DNA of 64,000 nt, taken from assembly GCA_963728565.1 (NCBI GenBank), contig CAVSLC010000013.1, positions 352,001 to 416,000 on the forward strand. Reading direction: 5' to 3'. Shown piece after piece: positions 10,763 to 20,971 of this stretch (positions within the stretch are counted from its first letter, which is position 1; every line of letters starts with the position of its first letter). Made by a program: the position numbers and the translations under genes. This DNA comes from an uncultured delta proteobacterium. Its GTDB lineage: Bacteria; Desulfobacterota; Binatia; UBA9968. The notes under the pieces are model-generated. The model had not been told where the DNA came from, made no database searches, and saw nothing but the letters and a program-made list of their open reading frames with translations.

Positions 10763-12233
10763 TCAGTCGCCTGCTTCATCAAATCCATACAATTGCCAGT
10801 TTTTGATAACTTTCTCCTGTAAGTGGCTCGGCCAGAGATTTTCCAAAGTGGCTTTCACCGGAATGCTTTCGGGCGGCCAATCCTTGGGCCAAGTACAGTC
10901 AAAGATGACTCCAGCGGCATCACCGATCAGGCGCTCTTTTTGCGGCAAGAACGGCAGCAGGACTGGGAATCCCGGATTATGTGGTACCTGATGAATTCCA
11001 TTTACCGGATGACACTTGGTCGTCATCGCATGGAGAACTTCATCCATATTGGTGGGATCTACGTCGGCATCGACAATGACAATGTAATAGGTAAACAGTC
11101 CAGGCTTCGTCGCCCAGACGGCGTGGGCTACGCGACGGGCATAATTCACAAAAGGAACTTCAGTTGCCACTACCGCCATATGTCCAACCGCATAGGGCGG
11201 ACAGAATGCCCCCTTTACCGGAAAACCTAGTTTTCTAAGCTCAGAGTATATCTCCGCGCCCTTGATTAATGCGGTTGCAGTCTGGCCTTCATGCACCGGC
11301 ATTCCCATGTTTGAGAAAGGCAGAATTGGATTGTTTCGAAAAGTTATGGCGTTGATCTTCATGATCGGCTTCGGTGAAGATTTCCCCGCTTCATATCCCA
11401 TGTACTCGCCAAAAGGTCCTTCGATCATGCGCTCGTGTGGCAATACTTCTCCTTCAAGAATGATCTCAGCAGACGCCGGAACATCAAGATCGACGGTATC
11501 GCCTCTCACCAACGAAATCGGCGCATTTTGCAATCCGCCAGCAACATCTACCTCATTCACGTGCGGCGGTATCTGGACGCAACTCACGAGTCGGTATGAC
11601 AGGCTGACCGCCGATTGCTACTGCGACAGGCATTGATCGATTCATCGCCTCATATTTTTGATAAATCTGGCCGATATGTTGTTGCAGCGGGAAAAGACAC
11701 CCTAGCGTGTTTCGATCGTGGACCATCAGGCGGTACATTCCCCAATTGACCCATGAACCATCCGGATCCTTGGTGATAACCGTATGCCACGTCCCAATGT
11801 ACCGCCCGCCATCGCCGCCATGGATCAACGGAATGGGAAATTTAAGAACATCCACGTCGGCCCCCTTCATGATATTTTCTTTACAGGGACCTGTGCTCAC
11901 CACGATCGGCTTGATCAAGTTTTCTCGACGTTGCAAATAAGTCTGCATAATTTCTTTTGCTGACGCGCTGGGTCGCAGGCTCAGCGCCAATGCAGTGCGA
12001 GCAAACAACGAATGCCCTCGCTTCTTGCTTGCGCCCAAGGGCGCGCCCAGCGCCCGGAATCCATGCGGATAACCCTTGATGTTCTCGAACAACGCCGCCG
12101 GGGCGCCAAGGTCATAACAGCGTCGCGTGATCGCGCCCATTTCGAGATTCCAATCGACTGGTACTTTGATCCTTTGAACTTCGTCGAACTCCTCCAGCAA
12201 TTCCAGAAAATCTCTGAGGTCATCCATTTTCAT
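10763..12233 (-). CDS. UbiD-family (de)carboxylase resembling phenylphosphate carboxylase alpha subunit; frameshift near 11590
   Basis: DGGRYIGTWH..VNWGMYR, EGPFGEY, FDCTWP motifs; removing one base joins QPVIP to LVSCVQIP. Confidence 0.88.
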
Positions 12234-12467
12234 TGTTCTCTCCCTGCCGGACAGGCGCGGCCCCACCTGAGTGGGAAGCGTACAAACTCAGGTGCGAACT
12301 TGCGCATCTCCATCCTTTCTTCAGCAACATTCAGAATTTGATTTTTTCGAGCTTTATCCATCTAAGACAACTTCATGGCACAAGGCGTGGCCCGACTCGG
12401 GATTCTTTGGTGGACAAAGTAAGGAAGGTCATTTATATTCTCTGGCTTATAAGGAAGGGGGAAACTC

Positions 12468-12851
12468 ATGGCAGATGCCAACAAATCGAACGAGGCCTAT
12501 CTTGGGCCCGGCACTAAAATCAATGGGAAACTTTTTTTTGATGGGCCCACGACAATTGAAGGCGATGTCGAGGGGGAAATAACTGGACAAGCCAACGTTA
12601 CAATCGGTCAACAGGCGACTGTAAAGGGTAAAATCACCGCGGCATCCATCGTTGTTCAGGGCAAAGTCATGGCGGATGTTCAAGCCGAAAAAAAGCTGGA
12701 TATTCAGCCGCCCGGTTCCGTAGTGGGCGATGTCACAACGCAGAGCCTGGTCATCGGCGACGGCGCTGTCCTCGAAGGCCACGTATCCATGAGAAAAGAA
12801 GGTCGCGTTCTGCCCCTTCGCCAAGAAGCGAAAAAAGAAGGCGTCTCCTAA
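12468..12851 (+). CDS. Bactofilin (polymer-forming cytoskeletal protein)
   Basis: Beta-helix repeats IEGDVEGEI, VKGKI, VVGDV, IGDGAVLEG. Confidence 0.92.
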   Translation: MADANKSNEAYLGPGTKINGKLFFDGPTTIEGDVEGEITGQANVTIGQQATVKGKITAASIVVQGKVMADVQAEKKLDIQPPGSVVGDVTTQSLVIGDGAVLEGHVSMRKEGRVLPLRQEAKKEGVS

Positions 12852-12956
12852 GATCTCATCCATCGCTGACTCGTACGAGTTTGCATCCCTCACTTTAGGA
12901 TCCACCAGAATGAAGCCATGTTCTTAGGCGGAAGACAAGGCGAAAACTTCAGAAGC

Positions 12957-12991
12957 AAAATGGGCTTGTCGACGACAAGCCCATTTTTTTT
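12957..12991 (+). terminator. Intrinsic terminator, possibly bidirectional
   Basis: AAAATGGGCTTGTC-GAC-GACAAGCCCATTTT perfect stem followed by a T-run. Confidence 0.85.
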
Positions 12992-13344
12992 GGAACGCTG
13001 ACTCTATTTACCTCGTGGTCGTCTGATGGAGTCAAACATAGATCGATTCCTTTTCAGAAGACCCTACCAGCGATCTAAATACTTCGCTGGAGAGTGACAA
13101 AGGCCGAGATCGTCGCATTCAGCCGGCTATTCAGCTTCAGCTCAATCCTGCCGCAGTCGATTTGCGCAGCATGGCGAAATGTTTAGTCGACTCTGGGGCG
13201 AATGAACATCGACCATAAGACTCTGAACATTGCACACTAATTACAAAAGAGTGATTCAAAAGTTGTGTGTCTGGCGAATTTACCATAGATTAGGTTTGAC
13301 TTGAGCGCGCGGCTTTTCCGCTAGGTAAGTGCGTTAGACTAACG

Positions 13345-13662
13345 ATGGCATGGATCAATCTGGCGATAGCTGGAATTCTGGAAGTTCTTTGGGCTATTAG
13401 CCTTAAATATACCGAAGGGTTTAGTAAGCTTTGGCCCAATCTCTTCACCGTCTTTGGAATGGTTGCCAGTTTCTACTTTCTCGCCCAGGCCTTGAAGGTA
13501 ATTCCTGTCGGAACTGGATACGCCATTTGGACCGGGATTGGTGCCGCCGGGACAGCTATTTTGGGAATCATTCTGTTCGGTGAATCCGCTGCTCCGGCAC
13601 GCCTGGCGTGCATTACAGTGATTGTTGCGGGCATCATCGGCCTGAAGCTTACTTCACCGTGA
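13345..13662 (+). CDS. sugE: SMR-family exporter, Gdx/SugE subtype
   Basis: MAW..L..AG..EV.WA..LKY.EGF and P.GTGYAIWTGIG; four TM helices. Confidence 0.88.
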   Translation: MAWINLAIAGILEVLWAISLKYTEGFSKLWPNLFTVFGMVASFYFLAQALKVIPVGTGYAIWTGIGAAGTAILGIILFGESAAPARLACITVIVAGIIGLKLTSP

Positions 13663-13757
13663 TCTGTCACCGTTCCAATCCCATCAACTATGTCGCACTG
13701 TTCTTAGAAGCTCGATAGGGGGTTATTTGAATTCTACTCAGGAAGGCTCAACTCGTT

Positions 13758-14675
13758 ATGATCATTGATTGTCATGCCCATCTGATGCCTCAAAGTTGGT
13801 TTGATCCCCAGTCCCCAAAAACAGTGTTCGATCTCGACGCTCTTTTCAGAGAGCAAGATGAAGCTGGGGTCGATATCACAGTTTTCGGGAACAATTGGAT
13901 TCGCTCACCCGACGGCGCCGATCCGCTCCGCGTGGTGCAAGAATTCAACGAGCATGCCGCTGAGTTGACGGCGAAATACCCAAAACGGCTGCTCGGTCTG
14001 GCCTGTTCGGTGCCATTTGATAGCGGCAAAATCCTGAAAGAAACCGACAAAGCGATCCGCGACTATAAACTCAGAGGAATCATGATCAACACGAGCGTGG
14101 ACGGCGAGTACCTCGACTCGCCGCGCACGGCGCCGTTTTTTGAATTGGTCAGCGAGCTTGAAGTTCCGCTTTTTGTGCATCCGCCGAAGTTCACCATCGG
14201 CAATGAGAAAATGGAAATTTTCCGTCTTCCGGAGATGCTCGGCAGACCTTTCGACACTACCCTGGCTCTCACACGATTCATCTTCACCGGCGGCTTCGAA
14301 CGCTTCCCGAAGCTGAAGATGATCTGCGCCCACGTCGGCGGAGCTCTACCGATGCTGCCAGGCCGTTATGGTGTCGGCTATGAGTTGCGCAAAGACATGA
14401 GCTTCGGTCCGTGGGAACCGGATGTCATGACCCGGTCGCCGGCAAGCTATATCGGGCAACTTTATGTAGACACCGTCTCCTACCACCCGGCGGCAGTCCA
14501 ATGCGCAATCGATACCATGGGCATCGACCACGTCGTTTTCGGTAGCGATTCTCCGCCAGTGCCACTTCCGCTCAAGAGAGCCGTTGATACAGTGCGGAAC
14601 CTGCGGATTTCAGATGCCGACAAACAAAAAATCCTCGGCGGCACGGCGGCAAAGCTTCTCGGGCTCGCGTTCTAA
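13758..14675 (+). CDS. Amidohydrolase_2 family metal-dependent hydrolase/decarboxylase
   Basis: IDCHAH, FVHP, AHVGG, FGSD motifs. Confidence 0.88.
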   Translation: MIIDCHAHLMPQSWFDPQSPKTVFDLDALFREQDEAGVDITVFGNNWIRSPDGADPLRVVQEFNEHAAELTAKYPKRLLGLACSVPFDSGKILKETDKAIRDYKLRGIMINTSVDGEYLDSPRTAPFFELVSELEVPLFVHPPKFTIGNEKMEIFRLPEMLGRPFDTTLALTRFIFTGGFERFPKLKMICAHVGGALPMLPGRYGVGYELRKDMSFGPWEPDVMTRSPASYIGQLYVDTVSYHPAAVQCAIDTMGIDHVVFGSDSPPVPLPLKRAVDTVRNLRISDADKQKILGGTAAKLLGLAF

Positions 14676-14873
14676 TCCTTCTGTGTGCATATTTCCTGCA
14701 ACGGAGCTCAATTGGCTGACGCGGGCTTCTGATGTTTCCGAGTGATTTAGGATCATGCAATTATGATCTTGAGCGCGATGTCGGGCGGCTTGTGCGTTTG
14801 GCGACTGACCGATGACCAGGAGCACTGGAAGGTTGAGCGCTAAGATGTCGAGGATTACTGCCAGAAGGAAACT

Positions 14874-15926
14874 TCAGCTGCGGCAACGTAAAGCTTCGGC
14901 AATGATGCCCACCGCCGCCTCAACATCGGATCGATCCACGTCCAAATGGGTCACCATCCGAATTCGCTCTGCGTCAACCGGCACTCCGAGAACTTGGCGC
15001 CGACCGATCCTTTCGAGAAACTCGGCGGAGCTTAGCTTGGTTTCCCGCACATCGTAAATCACGATATTGGTCTGAACATAGCTGGGATCAAGGCGTATAC
15101 CCGGAATCAGGGCGAGTCCCTGCGCCAGTATCTTGGCGTTTTCGTGATCGACGTAGAGGCGCTTTGGTCCGTCCTCCAACGCAATCAACCCTGCTGCAGC
15201 GATGACGCCGGCCTGGCGCATGCCGCCGCCGAGCATTTTGCGAATCGAACGGCAGCGTTCGATAAATTCGCGTGAACCGACGATCATCGATCCCACTGGC
15301 GCACCCAATCCCTTGCTCAAACAAAACTGAACGGAATCGAACTTCTTGGTAATTTCTGCGACACTCTGACCAATGTGAATCGCCGCGTTGAAGACCCGAG
15401 CGCCGTCGAGATGAACTCTTAGCCCCGCCTCATGAGCGTGATCGCAGATTGCGTGCGCCAAACGAGTCGGATAAACCGTACCCCCTGCCATGTTGTGGGT
15501 ATTTTCCAGAGACACTAGGCCGGTTTGCGGACGAAAATAAGCCTTCGGTCTAATCGCCTGAGATATCTGTTCCCAAGTCATAATCCCATTGCTGGCGTTG
15601 ACCACCCGAGGGAGGACCCCGGCAATCGCGGCCATGGCGGCCATTTCATAATTGTAGATATGCCCGGCCGCTTCGCAGATCACTTCTTGCCCAGGCTGGG
15701 TTTGTGCCATGATACAGACCAGGTTACCCATCGAGCCCGATGGAACGAACAATCCGGCTTGTCGTCCAAATATTTCCGCGGCCCGCTGCTGCAAACGATT
15801 GACGCTCGGATCTTCCATGAACACGTCATCGCCGACTTCCGCCTCAGCCATCGCCCGGCGCATTGCCGCTGACGGTTTAGTTACCGTGTCGCTCCGCAAG
15901 TCAATCATTCTAGTATCAATGGCCAT
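14874..15926 (-). CDS. ltaE: Low-specificity L-threonine aldolase
   Basis: DLRSDTVT, GDDV..EDP, LENTHN, HLDGAR, CLSKGLGAPVGS motifs. Confidence 0.94.
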   Translation of the reverse strand: MAIDTRMIDLRSDTVTKPSAAMRRAMAEAEVGDDVFMEDPSVNRLQQRAAEIFGRQAGLFVPSGSMGNLVCIMAQTQPGQEVICEAAGHIYNYEMAAMAAIAGVLPRVVNASNGIMTWEQISQAIRPKAYFRPQTGLVSLENTHNMAGGTVYPTRLAHAICDHAHEAGLRVHLDGARVFNAAIHIGQSVAEITKKFDSVQFCLSKGLGAPVGSMIVGSREFIERCRSIRKMLGGGMRQAGVIAAAGLIALEDGPKRLYVDHENAKILAQGLALIPGIRLDPSYVQTNIVIYDVRETKLSSAEFLERIGRRQVLGVPVDAERIRMVTHLDVDRSDVEAAVGIIAEALRCRS

Positions 15927-15978
15927 GCAAAACCTTCGACCGTTAAGCGGTTGATCGTCGAGGTCAGCTTCGCGCCTT

Positions 15979-16731
15979 CTATTTCAAGGGTTCTTCGATT
16001 TCTTCTATCGTTTGCCGCGCCAGCGACGGCCGAACAAAGGCGTTGTAGATGCTATCGTTCTGCAACCACATGATGTCGGCTCTCTGTTTAACGGCTTCGC
16101 GCATTTCAGCTTGCAGCCTCTCCTCCATACAGTGGTGCTTGATCACGTTGGTCACCATGTCGCCATGACCTTCATCGTGGTATTCGTGAGCGCGGAAGAA
16201 ATCCAAGGTGCTCGTCGGAATCCAGGAATAGTATTTCTCGATCGCCTCACGCTCCTCTTTCATACGCTTAGGCCCGCCTCCCTCGAAGACAAGGCCCGTT
16301 CCGATCGCTACGGCCCAATGACTGTGCTGCACTAGAGAAACATACATCTCCAAAGCAGCGCGAATCGCCGGCAAAGGCTCGTAATTCAAGATTTCATCGG
16401 CCGGAATGCCCAAACCGCCGGCAAACTGCACCCAGAGCTCGCGATGACTAGGATATTTGCCTCCGAACAAATCTTCTCCTTCTTCTTCCACCATGTTTTC
16501 CAATAACAAGCGTCGTAACTCCGGAACCGGGCACTTGTGATAACGAATGCCGAAAAAGCGATGAATGTTGCGAAACTCATGAAACTGATTTTTGGCCCAC
16601 CACTGGAGCTGCTCCCTGGTCAGCCGCCCACTCAGGAGCAGCTGGCGAATCGGGTGGGGCTTGGGATGGCGCTGTTGTAACGTAGTCTGGAGATCCGCGA
16701 TCAGCTCTTCAGGTGAAAGCATTCCCTGCAT
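15979..16731 (-). CDS. Heme-oxygenase-like diiron oxidase (CADD/PqqC/TenA fold)
   Basis: EN..EEEG...SH..LW, E in VFEG, and FF.AH...D.GH metal-ligand pattern. Confidence 0.8.
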   Translation of the reverse strand: MQGMLSPEELIADLQTTLQQRHPKPHPIRQLLLSGRLTREQLQWWAKNQFHEFRNIHRFFGIRYHKCPVPELRRLLLENMVEEEGEDLFGGKYPSHRELWVQFAGGLGIPADEILNYEPLPAIRAALEMYVSLVQHSHWAVAIGTGLVFEGGGPKRMKEEREAIEKYYSWIPTSTLDFFRAHEYHDEGHGDMVTNVIKHHCMEERLQAEMREAVKQRADIMWLQNDSIYNAFVRPSLARQTIEEIEEPLK

Positions 16732-16854
16732 AGAAATCTCCTTCCAAAATAAGAAATGGCCTTTCGATTGGAGGCATCATAAACAAGTTGCCGGGACGCC
16801 GCCACCAGGTTTGTCATTGTTTTTTTCGGCGGCGTTTACTAGCATAAAGCCCCT

Positions 16855-17613
16855 GTGGTTTCTCTATCACTACGCGGCCTCACTAAGAAGTTCAGCCGGG
16901 TCCTAGCGGTTGACCATGCCAACCTCGACGTCCATAGCGGTGAGTTTCTCGTAGTCGTCGGCGAGAGCGGCTGCGGTAAGACCACGACCCTTAGACTTAT
17001 CGCCGGGCTTGAAACACCTGACGCCGGCACCATCTTGATCGGTGGAATGCCGGTCAATGACATCCCTGTCGGCAGACGCAACGTGCAGATGATCTTTCAG
17101 AATTTCGCCCTGTGGCCGCACATGAGAGTCTTTGATGAAAGCCGGTACAGCAATTTGTCGCTGCCGCTGAAGGTCCGTAAATGGTCCCATGATAAAATCG
17201 GCGAGCTGCTCCGTCCCTTGGCTCGGCGGGTCGGCATCGAAGAAAGTTTTTTCAGGCGCAAACCGATGGAGCTGTCCGGCGGACAGCAGCAGCGGGTTGC
17301 CGTAGGACGGGCTATGGCAACGGCGCCGCAGATTCTTCTCATGGACGAACCGTTGAGCAACATCGATCCTCCCAACCGGCTGCGAATGCGCGGCGAAATC
17401 TTGAAGTTCCATCAAGAAAACAGGCTGACAACGATTTATGTAACGCATAATGTAGCCGACGGCATCGCGTTGGCGGATCGGATCGCGGTCATGAGAAACG
17501 GTAGGTTCGAACAAGTCGATACCGCTGAGAATCTGTTTCGCACTCCGGCCAGCGCTTATATCTCAGACTTTTTTCGAGCCGAACAGATTGTCCATAAACC
17601 GAGGTTCTCCTAA
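16855..17613 (+). CDS. ABC transporter ATP-binding protein (MalK/PotA-like, no C-terminal TOBE domain)
   Basis: Walker A GESGCGKTT, LSGGQQQR, MDEP, YVTH. Confidence 0.92.
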   Translation: MVSLSLRGLTKKFSRVLAVDHANLDVHSGEFLVVVGESGCGKTTTLRLIAGLETPDAGTILIGGMPVNDIPVGRRNVQMIFQNFALWPHMRVFDESRYSNLSLPLKVRKWSHDKIGELLRPLARRVGIEESFFRRKPMELSGGQQQRVAVGRAMATAPQILLMDEPLSNIDPPNRLRMRGEILKFHQENRLTTIYVTHNVADGIALADRIAVMRNGRFEQVDTAENLFRTPASAYISDFFRAEQIVHKPRFS

Positions 17614-17619
17614 CGTCTT

Positions 17620-18405
17620 ATGAGAACACGATTGGTCCTGCTGGCGCCGCTGTTCGTGCTACTTTTACTCGGTCCGGCGTATTCCGCCTGCCGAGAGCTC
17701 GATGTCGCCGGCGGCTTCACACGATCGGCTCACGCCGCTGGAGCCGATGCCGTCGTCGAGTTCTATGGCCACAATTTCTTCCAGATTACGACGGCAAAGG
17801 GAACGAAAATCATCACTGACCCGATCGCTCCGGGGATGTACCCAACGCCCGACATTAGCCCTCACGCGATCACCGTGGGGCGAGAACATCCAAATCATAA
17901 CTACGTTGAGATTGCCAAAGGAAACCCCATCGTCCTGCGTGGCTTGGGAAATTATGGCGCCGAATGGAACAAGATCAGCACGACCGTGCGTGACGTTCTG
18001 ATTTACACAGTGCCGGTTTACCAGCAGCAATTCGGCAACGCTCTTAAAGGGGCTGCCTTCGTCTTCGACCTCGGCACACTGTGCATCGTTCACTTAGGCG
18101 ATTTGGCGCACAAACTGACCGCGGAACAAATTAAGGCTTTCGGCAAAGTGGACATCGCCATGATTCCTATCGGTGGCAGTTTTACGATGCCGCCGGACAC
18201 GGCGCGCGAGGTTTTGCAGCAACTCAAACCCAAAGTGGCAATCCCGATGCACTACCGCGAAAGCACAGCGCTTTTAGACATGTTCGTGAAAGGATTTCCA
18301 AATAGATATCTGCCCAATCATCGGCATGCCTTCAGCAAAGAGGCACTACCCAGCCCAACGCAGATCATGGTTTTTACACCTTGGGGTATGAGAGGATACC
18401 GATAA
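17620..18405 (+). CDS. Secreted metallo-beta-lactamase-fold protein with degenerate metal motif
   Basis: Signal peptide; GHNFF, TDP, HLGD, IPIGG, IPMHY; HxHxDH appears as REHPNH. Confidence 0.8.
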   Translation: MRTRLVLLAPLFVLLLLGPAYSACRELDVAGGFTRSAHAAGADAVVEFYGHNFFQITTAKGTKIITDPIAPGMYPTPDISPHAITVGREHPNHNYVEIAKGNPIVLRGLGNYGAEWNKISTTVRDVLIYTVPVYQQQFGNALKGAAFVFDLGTLCIVHLGDLAHKLTAEQIKAFGKVDIAMIPIGGSFTMPPDTAREVLQQLKPKVAIPMHYRESTALLDMFVKGFPNRYLPNHRHAFSKEALPSPTQIMVFTPWGMRGYR

Positions 18406-18465
18406 AGGCGCTGCCAGTGAGAAGGCGCAACGGCAGGATCAGCCGCAGGAAAGCTGCAAGAATCG

Positions 18466-19455
18466 TTAAATTTTAAACGCCTCGCGCGTTTCGCGCGCAA
18501 ACAGTTCGTCGAGATCCAATCGCTGCTTGATCAATCCCTGTTCATGAAGATAATCATGCAGGGTTTCCAAGTTCATTCTGTTCGGGGTCAACCCATAAGG
18601 CCAGTAGTCCGCGGTCATCAAATCGCGGGTATCTTCATATTCTGCCGAAGTCCATGGCAAGCTGACACGCAGGATATTGGTGTCATAAAGCTCCCGCATG
18701 CACAGATCCTTAGCTTCACAAAACGCCTTATAGAGTGTTTGGGCCACCCACGGATCCTTTTCATAGATTGCCCGCCTGATCACGATGACATGCATGATTG
18801 GAAACAGGCCGGTCTTGGCAAAGTAGTCCATCTCGGCCTGGCGATAGTTGGGGAACAGTCGGCGCACGTTGGGCGCGCCTTCGAGAAAGCAAGTCGGCAT
18901 ACGTGGCGACATCATCGCGTCGATTTCACCGCTGGCGATCATCTCGTTCAAGGTTCGGTCGTTTTTGCTATCCATCCGAACTCCGGGTGGCATCTCGAAA
19001 TCGACTCGATCCTTACGGCCCGGCTGTTCCTCGCCCGCTTGAATCCAATGAATTTCACTGGGCGGAATACCGTATTCATGCTCAAACAACCCGCGCAACC
19101 ACACCGCAGCCGTCATGCTGTATTCAGGAACCCCCATCCGTTTGCCGCGCAGTTCTTCCGGTCGCCCGATCCCCGATGCCGTGTTGATAAAAATGCAACG
19201 ATGGCGAAAGGTCCGCGAGGGAAATACCGGTATGGCCACGAACGGGCGTCGTCCACGCGCCGCCGCCGTCAAAAAAGCCCCCATCGACAGCTCTGAAACA
19301 TCAAACTCCTCGTACTTCATCATACGCCAGAATATTTCTTCCACCGACATCACGAGGTAGTTGATGTCGATACCTTCAGGCTTGATGCGTCCATCTTTGA
19401 TTGGACGGGTCCGATCATAGTCCTCGCACGCTAAGGTCAACTGTATGTTTGCCAT
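18466..19455 (-). CDS. 4,5-dihydroxyphthalate decarboxylase-like protein (Pht5 family, periplasmic-binding fold)
   Basis: LAC.DYDRT, FDVSELS, PVFPSRTFRH, GVPEYSMTAAVW.RG, FPIMH, WPYG...N. Confidence 0.87.
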   Translation of the reverse strand: MANIQLTLACEDYDRTRPIKDGRIKPEGIDINYLVMSVEEIFWRMMKYEEFDVSELSMGAFLTAAARGRRPFVAIPVFPSRTFRHRCIFINTASGIGRPEELRGKRMGVPEYSMTAAVWLRGLFEHEYGIPPSEIHWIQAGEEQPGRKDRVDFEMPPGVRMDSKNDRTLNEMIASGEIDAMMSPRMPTCFLEGAPNVRRLFPNYRQAEMDYFAKTGLFPIMHVIVIRRAIYEKDPWVAQTLYKAFCEAKDLCMRELYDTNILRVSLPWTSAEYEDTRDLMTADYWPYGLTPNRMNLETLHDYLHEQGLIKQRLDLDELFARETREAFKI

Positions 19456-19460
19456 GATTG

Positions 19461-20105
19461 TTACATCTGCGATTTGGCTCGAGCGATAAACTTGACGAAC
19501 TCCTTCATCTCGTTCACCAAGCCCCGTTCGCCCTGCTCCACTAATGTGTTGGCGAGAAAAGCGCTGCCAAGACAAATGCCGGTCACTCCGGCATGAACAT
19601 ATTCCTTAACATTTGTAAGATTCACTCCGCCCGACACCATGAAACGAACTTCGGGAAAAGGTCCGGCCATCTGGCGGATAAAGTTCGGGCCGCCAAGGCA
19701 ATCCGCGGGAAATATTTTAACTAGATCGGCGCCGGCGCGCGCGGCGGCATAGATTTCGGTCGCCGTCGCCGCTCCTGGATAACAAGCGACATCGGCCCCG
19801 TGACAAATGGCAATCAGATCGAGTTCCGATGATGGCGATACCACGAACAGCGCCCCGGCGGTAATCGCCGCTTCAGCTTGTTTCTTCGACAGCACCGTTC
19901 CTGCGCCAACACGGACTGTGCCTTCCCCAGCCAACGCGGCGATCACTTCTAAAGCTCCCGGAACACTCAAAGTGACCTCGACAAACTTTACTCCGGCGCT
20001 TGCGGCAGACTTGGCCGTAAGCATCGCTTCTTCAGCGGTTTGGGAGCGAAGAACGGCAACCAGTCGACTGTCGTTCAACTCGTGAATCAACTCAGCTCTT
20101 GCCAT
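19461..20105 (-). CDS. eda: KDPG/KHG aldolase family protein
   Basis: AVLR, EVT, GAGTVL, FVVSP, VKIFPA, SGGV motifs. Confidence 0.85.
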   Translation of the reverse strand: MARAELIHELNDSRLVAVLRSQTAEEAMLTAKSAASAGVKFVEVTLSVPGALEVIAALAGEGTVRVGAGTVLSKKQAEAAITAGALFVVSPSSELDLIAICHGADVACYPGAATATEIYAAARAGADLVKIFPADCLGGPNFIRQMAGPFPEVRFMVSGGVNLTNVKEYVHAGVTGICLGSAFLANTLVEQGERGLVNEMKEFVKFIARAKSQM

Positions 20106-20118
20106 GAATTCTGTGTCC

Positions 20119-20886
20119 CTAACTCAAGCTCAACCCGCCATCGACGATCAAGGTCTGACCGGTGACGAAATCACCGCCGGTAATCAAGCCGAGCACCGCG
20201 CCGGCAATATCCTCGGGAGTAGCGATGCGTTGCAGCGGATATCCTGCTGATGCGTTGGCGACAACCTGTTGGTAATCGACGCCAAAGTGCTGGCTCATCC
20301 AGGGCGTATCGGTAAACGCCGGTGCGACGCAATTGACCCTGACTCGCGGCGCCATTGCGACGGCCAGCCCCTTGGTCATATAAATCAAAGCCGCCTTGGC
20401 GGTTCCATACGCCAACGAAGAAATCGTTGAAGTAGCCAGCACGCCAGAGATCGACGATATATTGATAATCATCCCTTGGTTCTCGGACAGCATCTGGGCC
20501 GCGGCCCGAGCACATCGAAATGAGCCTTTCACGTTGACGTCCAGAATTTCATCCCAGATCGCATCGCTTAAACCCTCTAAATTTGCCAGCTTAACCCAGT
20601 GCGTTACGCCGGCGTTGTTGACCAGAACATCGAGCCGGCCGAAGTCGTCCTTGATCCTGCTGACCATACGACGGACATCATCGTCCGATTTGATATCGGC
20701 TCGGATGGCAACGGCCTTCACGCCATGACTTTCAATCTCACTCACCAATGCCTCGGCTTCTTTCGCGGAACTGCGATAATTGACCACCATTCCGCTCAAA
20801 CCGGCGTTTGCCAACCTGCGCGCCACCGCGCCGCCGATTCCGCCGGCGCCGCCAGTCACCAGGGCTACTCGGCCGTGAAGTTCCAT
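20119..20886 (-). CDS. Short-chain dehydrogenase/reductase
   Basis: TGGAGGIG, NNAG, YGTAK motifs. Confidence 0.92.
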   Translation of the reverse strand: MELHGRVALVTGGAGGIGGAVARRLANAGLSGMVVNYRSSAKEAEALVSEIESHGVKAVAIRADIKSDDDVRRMVSRIKDDFGRLDVLVNNAGVTHWVKLANLEGLSDAIWDEILDVNVKGSFRCARAAAQMLSENQGMIINISSISGVLATSTISSLAYGTAKAALIYMTKGLAVAMAPRVRVNCVAPAFTDTPWMSQHFGVDYQQVVANASAGYPLQRIATPEDIAGAVLGLITGGDFVTGQTLIVDGGLSLS

Positions 20887-20971
20887 ATCTTCGCTCCGCT
20901 CAGGATCTCAAACTGCAGTCTCACATCTCAAAGCGCCACTATCTGAGATTTGGGATTGGAGATGCGCGCCG

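Noticed and set aside
10046-12300. Prophage or integrative element at tRNA-Leu
   Set aside because: No integrase, phage genes or duplicated tRNA 3' end seen; the HTH gene has a host-type sigma54 promoter
12376-12391. Sigma54 promoter for bactofilin (TGGCACAAGGCGTGGC)
   Set aside because: The -12 position reads GG rather than GC at the required spacing
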